The translations under genes were made by a program, and so were the position numbers. This document shows, piece after piece, positions 10,250 to 19,849 of a DNA stretch of 64,000 nucleotides (its first letter is position 1; each line of letters begins with the position of its first letter). The notes under the pieces were generated by a model. That model was given only the letters and a program-made list of their open reading frames with translations, was not told the origin of the DNA and searched no databases. The DNA lies in contig OZ244720.1 in the NCBI GenBank assembly GCA_965219085.1, positions 608,001-672,000 on the forward strand. The letters run 5' to 3'. This stretch comes from Dehalococcoidia bacterium (GTDB taxonomy: Bacteria > Chloroflexota > Dehalococcoidia > UBA2979).

Positions 10250-10930
10250 TTGGATTCCGGCGGGATCTTCGCGGTGCTGAAGGATGCGCCTCTCGGGGCG
10301 TACGCGGTCTCGCTGGACCAGACCATCGTGTTCTGGAACAGGGCCGCGGAGCGGATGCTCGGCCACACGGCCGACGAGGTGATCGGCCGCCGCTGCTTTG
10401 AGGCGGTGGCGTCGATGACGCCGGCGGGCCTGACTCAGTCCTGCAGGGACGGCTGTCCCGTACACGCCTTCCGGTTCGGCGAGGTCCCCCGGACGTTCAG
10501 AACCGGGATGCTCACCTCCGCCGGCCACCGAAAGGATGTGCTTCTCACCCCGATGTTGGTCGCTGGTACCGAGCAGAACGCTCCCCTGGTCGTGCATCTG
10601 CTGGAGGACCCTGGCGCTGCAGCCGGGGCACCGCGCGAGTCGGCCGACTCCGTGCGGACCGATCTGATCGCGCAAGGGAGCGATGCCGTCTCGGACCATC
10701 CAGTCCTGGCACCGCCATCGGACCGCCCCGCGAGGCTGGCTCCACGCGAGCTGGAGGTGCTGCGCCTCGTCGCGCAGGGTCGAAGCACGGTACAGATCGC
10801 GCAGGACCTGAACATCAGCCCGCACACCGTGCGCAACCACGTGCGCCACTTCCGCCAGAAACTGGGCGCGAAGACCAAGCTGGAAGCCGTCCTGACGGCT
10901 GTGCGTCTGGGTATTCTGGATTACCAGTAG
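10250..10930 (+). CDS. PAS domain + LuxR-type HTH transcriptional regulator
   Basis: PAS motif IVFWNRAAERMLGHTADEVIGRRC; LuxR HTH LAPRELEVLRLVAQGRSTVQIAQDLNISPHTVRNHVRHFRQKLG; GAGAGGGA upstream of TTG. Confidence 0.9.
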   Translation: MDSGGIFAVLKDAPLGAYAVSLDQTIVFWNRAAERMLGHTADEVIGRRCFEAVASMTPAGLTQSCRDGCPVHAFRFGEVPRTFRTGMLTSAGHRKDVLLTPMLVAGTEQNAPLVVHLLEDPGAAAGAPRESADSVRTDLIAQGSDAVSDHPVLAPPSDRPARLAPRELEVLRLVAQGRSTVQIAQDLNISPHTVRNHVRHFRQKLGAKTKLEAVLTAVRLGILDYQ

Positions 10931-11202
10931 CGAGGTCTGGTCGTGGCCAAGCCTCGACCCGCGTCGCGAGCAGCGCACGGTGCGGCTGGCGACCAGACTC
11001 GTTGGGCTCCCCGGCACCCCCTGCGGAACGACAACGGCTGGAACACGCAGATCGCCGACCGCTTCACATCCGACGGGAAGTATCCTGTTCCCCGCTACGA
11101 GATCGCCGTCGTCTTCATCGAGGTTCCGGGCTCCGCCGCCCCGCCGCCGCCCACCGGGGCCGATGTGAGACGGATGCCATACCGCATCAACCCGCACACC
11201 TA

Positions 11203-11278
11203 TTCACAATACATTCACATGTAAGCGCACTGAGTTCACGATTCGTGCACTGACACGCGTCCAACGGGCCGGGAGAAT
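11203..11278 (+). promoter_or_regulatory. Conserved promoter/direct-repeat element, copy 1
   Basis: TTCAC 11203, 11214, 11235 and TGCAC 11246; CTGACA 11250-55, 17 nt spacer, GAGAAT 11273-78. Confidence 0.7.
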
Positions 11279-11291
11279 GGAGCTACATCGC

Positions 11292-11743
11292 CTAGTGTCC
11301 CGAGTCAGGAATGCGCTCTAGATAACCGGCGAGGTTGTCCAGGATCTGGTCCGCGGTCTTGTGCCAGATGAAGGGCCGCGGATTCTCGTTCCAGCTGGCG
11401 ACCCACATCTCCACTGAGCGGATCAAATCAGGGACGCTGTGGTGCGTGCCGCGCCGGAGCCACTTGCTGGTGAGCTCTGCGAACCAGCGCTCCACGAGGT
11501 TCATCCAGGAGCTGTAGGTCGGCGTGAAATGGAAGGTGAAGCGTGGATGGCGCTGGAGCCAGCGCTGGATGGCGGGCGTGCGGTGCGTGGAGACGTTGTC
11601 GAGCACGACATGCACCGCCAGCTCACGGGGAACGCTGCGGTCGATGAGGGTGAGGAACCGCTGGAACTCCCGCGCGCGGTGCCTGGGGGTCATCTCCGTT
11701 AACACGTGCCCCGAGGCGACATCGAGCGCCGCGTAGAGATTCG
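11292..11743 (-). pseudogene. IS630 transposase, C-terminal (DDE) half
   Basis: NLYAALDVASG..VVLDNVSTH..FTPTYSSWMNLVERWF..RPFIWHKT; joins in frame to 13111-13760 when the IS256 is removed (GTTNL|YAALDV). Confidence 0.9.
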
Positions 11744-13110
11744 GGGTAGCGTCCCAGGAAGTGGTGTCACAGAGGTGGACGTAGGAGACCACCGCGCCAT
11801 CCTTCACACAGGAAACAGTCACGTGAAGGAGGACTACGGTGGTCAAGGAGAGCGTGGACTTGTTGGAGTTGCTTCGCAAGCAGGCGGACGGAGCTGACAT
11901 TGACTTCCTGCGCGAGGCGGTCGCGGTGCTCGCCCAGGCGGTGATGGACGCCGAGGTCTCGGCGCAGATCGGCGCCGCCCACGGCGAGCGCAGCGAGACG
12001 CGCCTCACCCGGCGTAACGGCTACCGGCCCAGGCGCTGGGACACGCGCGTGGGCACGATCGAACTGGGCATCCCGAAGCTGCGCGAGGGCAGCTACTTCC
12101 CCTCGCTGCTCGAGCCGCGGCGGCGCTCGGAGCGCGCCCTCCTCTCCGTGGTCACGCAGGCCTACGTCGAGGGCGTCTCGACGCGCCGCGTCGACGACCT
12201 CGTGCGCTCGCTCGGCTGTGATGGCATCTCGAAGAGCCAGGTCTCGCGCATCTGCGCCGAGCTCGACGAGGTCGTGGAGAGCTTCCTCGAGCGGCCGCTC
12301 GACTCGGGCCCCTACCGCTACCTCTGGCTCGACGCGCTCACCCAGCTCGTGCGCGAGGAGGGCCGCGTCGTCCAGGTGAGCGTGGTCGTCGCCACCGCCG
12401 TCAACGCGACAGGCAAGCGCGAGCTGCTGGGCATCGACGTCGGTACCTCCGAGGACGGGGCGTTCTGGCTGAGCTTCCTGCGCGGGCTCGTGGCGCGCGG
12501 TCTGTCCGGGGTCGAGCTGGTGACCTCGGACGCCCACCAGGGGCTCAGAGACGCGATCGCGACCGTCTTCGCCGGCGCCTCCTGGCAGCGCTGCAGGACG
12601 CACTTCATGCGCAACCTGCTCACCCGGGTGCCGAAGAGCGCCGAGAAGCTGGTGGCGACGACGGTGCGGACGATCTACGAGCAGTCCTCTGCGGCCGAGG
12701 TGCAGGCCCAGCACGCCCGTGTGGTGGAGCAGCTCGCCGAGCGCTTCCCCGAGGCCGCGGCGCTGCTCGCCGACGCCGGACCCGAGATCCTGGCGTTCAC
12801 GGCCTTCCCGTCCCAGCACTGGCGGCAGGTCTGGTCGAACAACCCGCTGGAACGCCTCAACAAGGAGATCCGGCGGCGCACCAACGTCGTCGGCATCTTC
12901 CCCAACCGCGCCGCGGTCGTGCGGCTGGTCGGCGCCGTGCTCGCCGAGCAGCACGACGAGTGGGCGGAGGGGAGGCGCTACATGACGATGCTGCAGTCGC
13001 TGCCGGCGGCCGTGGCCGAGGTCGCCTCAGGCGAGGAGGTGCTGCTGCAAGCTGCCAGCTAGCAAATGATCAGGATGGTGCACTGCTACACCACTTGCAG
13101 GGACGTGACC
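11744..13110 (+). mobile_element. IS256-family insertion sequence (~1.37 kb)
   Basis: Imperfect TIRs GGTAGCGTCCCAGGAAGTGGTGT and rev-comp GGTCACGTCCCTGCAAGTGGTGT; flanking direct repeat AGATTCG at 11737-11743 and 13111-13117. Confidence 0.9.
11839..13062 (+). CDS. IS256-family (Mutator-like) transposase
   Basis: RNGYRPRRWDTRVGTIELGIPKLREGSYFPSLLE, YLWLDA, VTSDAHQGL, WQRCRTHF, SNNPLERLNKEIRRRT; AAGGAGG RBS. Confidence 0.95.
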   Translation: MVKESVDLLELLRKQADGADIDFLREAVAVLAQAVMDAEVSAQIGAAHGERSETRLTRRNGYRPRRWDTRVGTIELGIPKLREGSYFPSLLEPRRRSERALLSVVTQAYVEGVSTRRVDDLVRSLGCDGISKSQVSRICAELDEVVESFLERPLDSGPYRYLWLDALTQLVREEGRVVQVSVVVATAVNATGKRELLGIDVGTSEDGAFWLSFLRGLVARGLSGVELVTSDAHQGLRDAIATVFAGASWQRCRTHFMRNLLTRVPKSAEKLVATTVRTIYEQSSAAEVQAQHARVVEQLAERFPEAAALLADAGPEILAFTAFPSQHWRQVWSNNPLERLNKEIRRRTNVVGIFPNRAAVVRLVGAVLAEQHDEWAEGRRYMTMLQSLPAAVAEVASGEEVLLQAAS

Positions 13111-13760
13111 AGATTCGTCGTGCCGTGACGGACGTAGTCGTGTGTCTGGCGGGCGGGGACGTGGGGCATCATCGGCAACATCGGAGCGGTGCGGTCGAGT
13201 GCCTGGACCTGGGTCTTCTCGTCCACACACAGCACAACGGCCGCGTCGGGCGGGTTGAGATAGAGCCCGGCCACGTCGCGGACCTTGTCGATGAACTGCG
13301 GGTCGGGCGACAGCTTGAAGGTCTCCACGAGGTGTGGCTTCAGGCCGAAGGCGCGCCAGATCCTGACGATTGCCGACTGCGACATCCCGAGCGCGGCTGC
13401 CATCGATCGGGTCGACCAGTGCGTCGCGTCGGAAGGCTGCTCCTCCAGCGTCTTGACGATCACCGCTTCCACCTGTGCATCGGTGATCGTGCGGGGCGCC
13501 CCGGGGCGCGGCTCATCCGGTAGCCCATCGAGCCGACGCTCCGCGAAGCGCCGGCGCCACTTGCCGACGGTGACCGGATGGCAATCGAGCGCCGCGGCGA
13601 TCGCCTTATTCGATGTTCCCTCGGCCGCGGCCAGGACGATGCGACAGCGCAGCGCCAGCGCCTGGGCCGATGTCGGCCGGCGCGCCCACCGCTCCAGCGT
13701 CTCACGCTCCTCGTCGCTCAGGACGATGGTGACCGTCGGCCGTCCGATGCGGGTGCTCAT
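13111..13760 (-). pseudogene. IS630 transposase, N-terminal (HTH) half
   Basis: LALRCRIVLAAAEG..TVGKWRRRF..DEPRPGAPR..THWSTRSMA..VLCVDEKTQVQALDR..THDYVRHGTTNL. Confidence 0.9.
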
Positions 13761-13841
13761 GACACTCCAGAGTCTGCCCCATGGGGCACAACCCCGCTGT
13801 GCCAGACTACCTTTTATATAGAGCTATTGAGACTCAGGACA

Positions 13842-13998
13842 CTAGCAGGGTGATGAAAAAGTCGTCTGGGACGGTCTCGGCCCGGAATCGACTGCGTGCG
13901 GCTACCGAGAAACCCTTTGTTGTCAAGGGTTTTTCCGAGCGCCGCAGTGCCGCGAAACGCTCCGTTTCCCGACTTCAGGGGTTTTTCATCACCCTGCT
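13842..13998. mobile_element. ~159-bp MITE (IS5-like ends) whose right end is split by the IS1182 element; last AG at 15593-15594
   Basis: Perfect 19-bp TIR: CTAGCAGGGTGATGAAAAA (13842-60) and TTTTTCATCACCCTGCT(13982-98)+AG; internal hairpin AAACCCTT/AAGGGTTT 13910-13932; no transposase inside. Confidence 0.8.
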
Positions 13999-14084
13999 GA
14001 GGCTGTCGCACAAACCCCCGAGCGAGGTGGCATCGCGGTAGGATGAGCATGGCGGCGGGGGCGGAGTGATTCCGGGGTGCCGCC

Positions 14085-15467
14085 GTGACCCAGCGCTTCC
14101 TGCCGTGCGACCGTGACCAGCAATACCTGATGCCCGCCAGCCTGCGCGACTGGCTGCCCGAGGACCACCTCGCGTGGTTCGTGCTCGATGCGGTGAGCCA
14201 GCTCGACCTCAGCGCGTTCTACGCGCGCTACCGCGAGGACGGCTGGGGGCGGAAAGCGTACGAGCCGTCGATGATGGTCGCGCTGCTGCTCTATGCCTAC
14301 TGCGAGGGCGAGCGCTCGAGCCGCCGGATCGAACGGCGTTGCCGCGAGGACATCGCCTTCCGCGTGCTGAGCGCGAACCAGCAGCCCGACCACGCCACGA
14401 TCTGCCGCTTCCGCCGGCAGCACGAGGAGGCGCTCTCGGGCCTGTTCGCCGGGGTGCTCAGGCTCTGCGCCGAGGCGGGTCTGTTGCGGGTCGGCGTGGT
14501 CGCGCTCGACGGGACCAAGCTGCGCGCCAACGCCAGCCGTGAGCGCAACCGCACGGATGCGGAGCTCGAGGCCGAGGTGCGGCGCATCCTCGCCGAGGCG
14601 GAGCGGGTCGACGCCGGGGAGAATGCGCGCTGCGGCGACGCGCGGGGCGACGAACTGCCCCCGCAGCTCAGGAACCGCGAGGAGCGCCTGCAGCGGCTGC
14701 GCGAGGCGCGGGAGCGGCTGGCGGCTCGTGAGCGGGAGCGGCAGGAGGACTACGAGGAACGCCTCAGGAGCCGCGCGCAGAAGGACCGGCGCGGGCGCCG
14801 CCCGCAGCCGCCGCAGCGCGACCCGGGCGCGAAGGTGAACGTCACTGACCCGGACAGCCGCGTGGTGCGTGACTATCACGGCTACTTCCAGGGCTACAAC
14901 GTGCAGGCGGTGACGACTCGCGACCAGATCATCGTCGCGGCCGAGCTGACACGTGCGGCGACGGACATGCACGAGCTGCAACCGATGATCGAGGCGGCGA
15001 ACCGCAACCTGCAGACCCTGGGCCGAGCGCCGGCGCGCGTGCTGCTGGCCGATGCCGGCTACTACTCCGAGGCGAACGTGCGGCAGGCCGAAGGCAGGGG
15101 TCCGGAGTTGCTGCTCGCGACCCGCAGCGACCGCAACCGGCGTGGCGGCGCAGCGCCGCCGCGCGGGCGCATCCCTGCCGGGCTCTCCGTACGTGAACGG
15201 ATGGACCGGAAACTGGCGACGCAGCGTGGCCGGCGTCTCTACGAGCAGCGGCGCTGGATGATCGAACCCGTCTTCGGCGACATCAAGGAGAACCGGGGCA
15301 TCCGCCGGTTCATGCGGCGCGGGATCGCCGCGTGCGCCAGCGAATGGAAGCTGATCGCCGCCACCCACAACCTCAAGAAGCTCTATCGCCGGGCGCGCCC
15401 GTCACCCCGGCCGGCGAACAGCAACCCCCGACGAGGAGACCGGGCTACCGCCGCCGCTGCCGCGTAG
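14085..15467 (+). CDS. IS1182-family transposase
   Basis: DWLPEDHLAWFV..GRKAYEPSMMVALLLYAY..SSRRIER..PDHATICRFR, VALDGTKLRANAS, TDPDSR, GYNVQ, LADAGYYS, IEPVFGDIK. Confidence 0.93.
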   Translation: MTQRFLPCDRDQQYLMPASLRDWLPEDHLAWFVLDAVSQLDLSAFYARYREDGWGRKAYEPSMMVALLLYAYCEGERSSRRIERRCREDIAFRVLSANQQPDHATICRFRRQHEEALSGLFAGVLRLCAEAGLLRVGVVALDGTKLRANASRERNRTDAELEAEVRRILAEAERVDAGENARCGDARGDELPPQLRNREERLQRLREARERLAARERERQEDYEERLRSRAQKDRRGRRPQPPQRDPGAKVNVTDPDSRVVRDYHGYFQGYNVQAVTTRDQIIVAAELTRAATDMHELQPMIEAANRNLQTLGRAPARVLLADAGYYSEANVRQAEGRGPELLLATRSDRNRRGGAAPPRGRIPAGLSVRERMDRKLATQRGRRLYEQRRWMIEPVFGDIKENRGIRRFMRRGIAACASEWKLIAATHNLKKLYRRARPSPRPANSNPRRGDRATAAAAA

Positions 15468-15499
15468 CGCGCCTGCCCCGCCAGACACGACCGCTCCGC

Positions 15500-15541
15500 G
15501 CCAACTGCCAACTGCCAACTGCCAACTGCCGACTGCCGACC
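15500..15541 (+). repeat. 7-bp tandem repeat (GCCAACT)x4 plus two GCCGAC variants inside the IS1182 3' end
   Basis: Read directly from sequence. Confidence 0.9.
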
Positions 15542-15738
15542 GGCTACCCTTTTGGCACTCCACCCACGCGACTCCGTGCAACAGCCTCTGCTAGGTCAAC
15601 AAGGTTGGGCAAATGGATAGTGGCGGCGTGCGGCATCCGCCGCTGCGGTGAACGCGCTCGAGGCCCCCTTCGGCCGCTGCGTTGCCGCTGCCGGGTACGT
15701 GCGCCTTCCTGGCTAATTCTCGCGAGGAGGGAGTGGAA

Positions 15739-18700
15739 ATGACAAAGTCCGCCATGAGCTGGCTGACCTCCGGCGCAATACTTCTTGCCCTACTCCTGAC
15801 TGGATGCTCTCTCTTCCAGTCTCCGGATGAGCCAAGCCCCGCGCCCACGAACACTCCGACTGCCACGCCGCCAACCAACATGCCAACACCGGAACCGACG
15901 GTTACTCCATCGCCCGCGCCGACTGCCACGCCAACCGACACGCCGACACCGGAACAAGCGACTACTCCCACGCTGGAACCAACGGCTACTCCAACCACGG
16001 CTCCCACGCATACGCCCACACCGGAACCAGCGGTTACTCCTGCCGCGACTCCCCCGCCCGGCTTCTTCAGGATTCCCCTGGACATCAACTCCCCCTGGCG
16101 GGAGGCATTCGACGCTTTCAACGCTTCCGAGCGGACGTGCCTCCGCGACGAGCTGGGCGAGGAGTTGCTGGCATCCGTGCTGGACCGACCCATCTGGACC
16201 GGAGGTTCGGCGGAGGAGTGGGAGGTGGTGGTGGGCGAGTGTCTGGACCCGGAAACCGCCGTGTCCCTCGCCATCTCATTCAACATAGCAGTCGCGGAAG
16301 CGAGCGCTCCGGAATTGGCTGAGGTGTGGGAAGCCTGCATCTGGCAGTCACTGTCCGGCGCCGATGTGGCCGCACTGGCGGCAAGTCTCATTGCGCAGAT
16401 CGCGCCTGATGCCAGCCCGGCAAGCACGACGCTCGCCGACGAGTTCTTTGACAGGGTGCTGGGATGCGTAGGTGACGTGGCCTCGCCGCCGGAGGTCAGG
16501 CCCAAGCCCGCGCCTGTCCCCACGCAAGATGAGTTCATCTCCGTCAGTGCCGGGGGATGGGGGCACCACACCTGCGGGGTGACGACCGACGGCTCGGTCG
16601 AATGCTGGGGCAATGACGAATGGGGCCAGTCCACGCCGCCGTCCGGGGGGTTCGCCTCCGTCAGCGCCGGTGGAACCCACACCTGCGGGGTGAGGACCGA
16701 CGGCTCGCTCGAATGCTGGGGCTATGACGGATATGGCGAGTCCACGCCGCCGTCCGGGGAGTTCGCTTCCGTCAGCGCCGGGGGATACCACACGTGCGGG
16801 GTGAGGACCGACGGCTCGCTCGAATGCTGGGGTGATGACGGAAGTGGCCGGGCCACGCCGCCGACCGGCGAGTTCGCCTCCGTCAGCGCCGGGGAATCCC
16901 ACACCTGCGGGGTGAGGAGCGACGGCTCGGTCGACTGCTGGGGCTATGACGAGTGGGGCCAGTCCACGCCGCCGTCCGGGGGGTTCGCCTCCGTCAGCGC
17001 CGGGGAATCCCACACCTGCGGGGTGAGGAGCGACGGCTCGGTCGACTGCTGGGGCTATGACGAGTGGGGCCAGTCCACGCCGCCGCCCGGGGGGTTCGCC
17101 TCCGTCAGCGCCGGGGGGTTCCACACGTGCGGGGTGAGGACCGACGGCTCGGTCGAATGCTGGGGTGATGACGTCTATGGCCGGGCCACGCCGCCGCCCG
17201 GCGAGTTCGCCTCCGTCAGCGCCGGGACATTCCACACCTGCGGGGTGAGGAGCGACGGCTCGGTCGAATGCTGGGGCAATGACGACTGGGGTCAGTCCAC
17301 GCCGCCGCCCGGGGGGTTCGCCTCCGTCAGCGCCGGGACATTCCACACGTGCGGGGTGAGGACCGGCGGCTCGGTCGAATGTTGGGGCAATGACGAAGAG
17401 GGCCAGTCCACGCCGCCGCCCGGGGAGTTCGCTTCCGTCAGCGTCGGGGCAATCCACACCTGCGGGGTGAGGAGCGACGGCTCGGTCGAATGCTGGGGCA
17501 ATGACGAAGAGGGCCAGTCCACGCCGCCGCCCGGCGAGTTCGCCTCCGTCAGCGCCGGGTTCTACCACACGTGCGGGGTGAGGAGCGACGGCTCGGTCGA
17601 ATGCTGGGGCAATGACGAGTACGGTCAGTCCACGCCGCCGCCCGGCGAGTTCGCCTCCGTCAGCGCCGGGTTCGCCCACACGTGCGGGGTGAGGACCGGC
17701 GGCTCGATCGAATGCTGGGGCAATGACGAAGCGGGCCAGTCCACGCCGCCGCCCGGGGGGTTCGCCTCCGTCAGCGCCGGGGGGTTCCACACGTGCGGGG
17801 TGGGGACCGACGGCTCGGCCGAATGCTGGGGCAATGACGAAGAGGGCCAGTCCACGCCGCCGCCCGGCCGGGGGGTTCGCCTCCGTCAGCACCGGGTTCG
17901 CCCACACGTGCGGGGTGAGGACCGGCGGCTCGATCGAATGCTGGGGCCATGACGAACGGGGTCAGTCCACGCCGCCGCCCGGCGAGTTCGCCTCCGTCAG
18001 CGCCGCGTTCGGCCACACGTGCGGGATGAGGACCGACGGCTCGGTGAAATGCTGGGGCTCTAGCCCTGAAGGCCAGTCCACGCCCCCGCCCGGCCAGTCC
18101 ACGCCGCCCGGGGGGTTCGCCTCCGTCAGCGCCGGGGAACTCCACACCTGCGGGGTGAGGCCCGACGGCTCGGTCGAATGCTGGGGCTTTGACGGGTACG
18201 GTCAGTCCACGCCGCCGTCGGGGGGGTTCGCCTCCGTCAGCGCGGGGGGAGTCCACATGTGCGGGGTGAGGAGCGACGGCTCGGTCGAATGCTGGGGTAG
18301 GGACCGGGACGGTGAGTCCACGCCGCCGACCGGCGAGTTCATCTCCGTCAGCGCCGGGGGGGGAGCCCACACGTGCGGGGTGAGGACCGGCGGCTCGGTC
18401 GAATGTTGGGGCTATGACGAAGGTGGCCAGTCCACACCGCCGTCCGGGGAGTTCGCCTCCGTCAGCGCCGGGGCATACCACACGTGCGGGGTGAGGACCG
18501 ACGGCTCGGTCGAATGCTGGGGCAATGACGGATATGGCCAGTCCACGCCGCCGCCCGGGGGGTTCGCCTCCGTCAGCGCCGGGGGGTACCACACGTGCGG
18601 GGTGAGGAGCCACGGAACGGTGACCTGCTGGGGCGATGACGAATGGGGCCAGTCCACGCCCCCGCCCGGCGAGTTCGCCTCCGTCAGCGCCGGGGGAGAC

Positions 18701-18979
18701 CACACGTGCGGGGTGAGGACCGACGGCTCGCTCGAATGCTGGGGCATGGACTCGTACGGTCAGGCCACGCCGCCGCCCGGCGAGTTCGCCTCCGTCAGCG
18801 CCGGGGGAGCCCACACGTGCGGGGTGAGGAGCGACGGCTCGGTGACCTGCTGGGGCGATGACCAGTTGGGCCAGTCCACGCCCCCGACCGGCCAGTCCAC
18901 GCCCCCGACCGGCCAGTCCACGCCGATGCCCGGGGAGTTCGTCTCCGTCAGCGCCGGGCGAGCCAATTCTGCCGGATGA
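15739..18979 (+). pseudogene. Lipoprotein with Pro/Thr stalk and 21 RCC1/BLIP-II-like 37-aa repeats, frameshifted after repeat 12
   Basis: ATG 15739 after GAGGAGGGAG; lipobox LLLTGC; PT-rich linker; repeat FASVSAGxxHTCGVRxDGSVECWGxxxxGQSTPP; CCGG duplication at 17864-17871 shifts the frame (track ORFs 15682..17952 and 17723..18979). Confidence 0.85.
16531..18960 (+). repeat. Coding tandem repeat, unit 111 bp, 21 full copies plus a partial
   Basis: Counted from translation: 12 repeats before and 9 after the frameshift. Confidence 0.92.
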
Positions 18980-19081
18980 GCATGGTCAGGCGTCGCGCGA
19001 CTTCGTCGGCGCTCGCCCCGCAACGGCGTCGCGATCCCGTACGAAGCACCGTGCTCCAACGGTGTCAGACCGGGTCCGGTC

Positions 19082-19538
19082 CTACCTCGGGGGCTCGGCC
19101 CCCAGGAGGTCGTCGAGCACCACGACGGCGAGACCCTCGACGCGGCGGAAGTCGCCGTCGTTGGTCACGAAGAGGGTGCACTCGCTCTGCATGGCTGTCG
19201 CCGCGTGGAGCGCGTCCGGCGTTCGCAGGCCCGCCGCGGCGCGCAGCCGCGCGGCCTCCTCCCAGAGCGGACGCAGGGCCGGGATCAGCCTCACCGCATG
19301 GGCGTCGAACCGATCCCGAAAGAGTGCCTCGATCTCCGCGTCGCCGTCGCGTAGGGGCTTGACGAGCGTCTCCAGGACCACGAGGTCGCTGCTCACGACC
19401 GTGAACCGCCCGCTCTGAGCCGCTCGCCACATGGGGCCAAGCAACTCGTGATAGGGCTCAATGCGCTCCATGCTGTAGATGAAGCCGCTCGCGTCGAGAT
19501 AGACCGGTCCCGTCGGGCGGAAGGGTCAGTTCTTCTAT
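19082..19538 (-). pseudogene. vapC: PIN-domain toxin (VapC-like) with lost start and +1 frameshift
   Basis: PVYLDASGFIYSMERIEPY..LRTPDALHAATA..LFVTNDGDF; upstream IEELTLPP is in another frame, and the expected ATG reads ATA (19538-36). Confidence 0.75.
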
Positions 19539-19765
19539 GCCGCGCGTTCGGCCCCGAAGTAGGACGCCACATCCGCCGCGGTACTGAACAGGCGGTGGCC
19601 CTGCGCCTCGGCGAGGATGTCGACGGCGGAGCGCCGCGGCGGCGGCGCTGCGGGCATTACGACTACGCACACCGACTGCCCAACGGGAAGGTCTTGGTCC
19701 GCCACTTCGTTCTTCCCTCCGGGCAGCACCGTTGTCATCAACTGAACTACCCTGTTCATGATCAT
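19535..19765 (-). CDS. Putative antitoxin of the PIN toxin
   Basis: GGAGGAGAG RBS before ATG 19765; 76 aa MIMNRVVQLMTTVLPGGK..RRSAVDILAEAQGHRLF..AERAA; overlaps the toxin start. Confidence 0.7.
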   Translation of the reverse strand: MIMNRVVQLMTTVLPGGKNEVADQDLPVGQSVCVVVMPAAPPPRRSAVDILAEAQGHRLFSTAADVASYFGAERAA

Positions 19766-19849
19766 CTCTCCTCCGTGTGACGGGTGGCGTCGCTCGCGTT
19801 TCCGCCAGCGCCGTGGGGCTGCGTCACACGATGATAGCGCCCATCTCGG

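Larger units (their letters stand above)
11292..13845 (-). mobile_element. IS630-family element interrupted by an IS256-family element
   Basis: Ends CTAGTGTCCCGAGTC (11292) and GACTCAGGACACTAG (to 13845) form inverted repeats with CTAG at both ends; transposase split in two. Confidence 0.9.
13999..15588 (+). mobile_element. IS1182-family insertion sequence
   Basis: TIRs GAGGCTGTCGCAC and rev-comp GAGGCTGTTGCAC; 4-bp target duplication TGCT at 13995-98 and 15589-92. Confidence 0.88.

Noticed and set aside
10943-11224. 93-aa ORF with a protein-like stretch (DGKYPVPRYEIAVVFIEVPG)
   Set aside because: No family recognised, no clear RBS, and it overlaps the promoter repeats; possibly a remnant but unsupported
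11744-12008. N-terminal part of track ORF 11292..12008
   Set aside because: Chimeric read-through from the antisense strand of IS256 into the IS630 3' half
16531-18960. CRISPR array interpretation of the 111-bp repeats
   Set aside because: Units are in-frame coding repeats without unique spacers, and no cas genes are present
16531-18960. Diversity-generating retroelement target (NNC/NNT codon pattern)
   Set aside because: No reverse transcriptase or template repeat in the window, and framework adenines including the synonymous A of GAA in ECWG remain largely unmutated; only a trans-acting DGR remains possible
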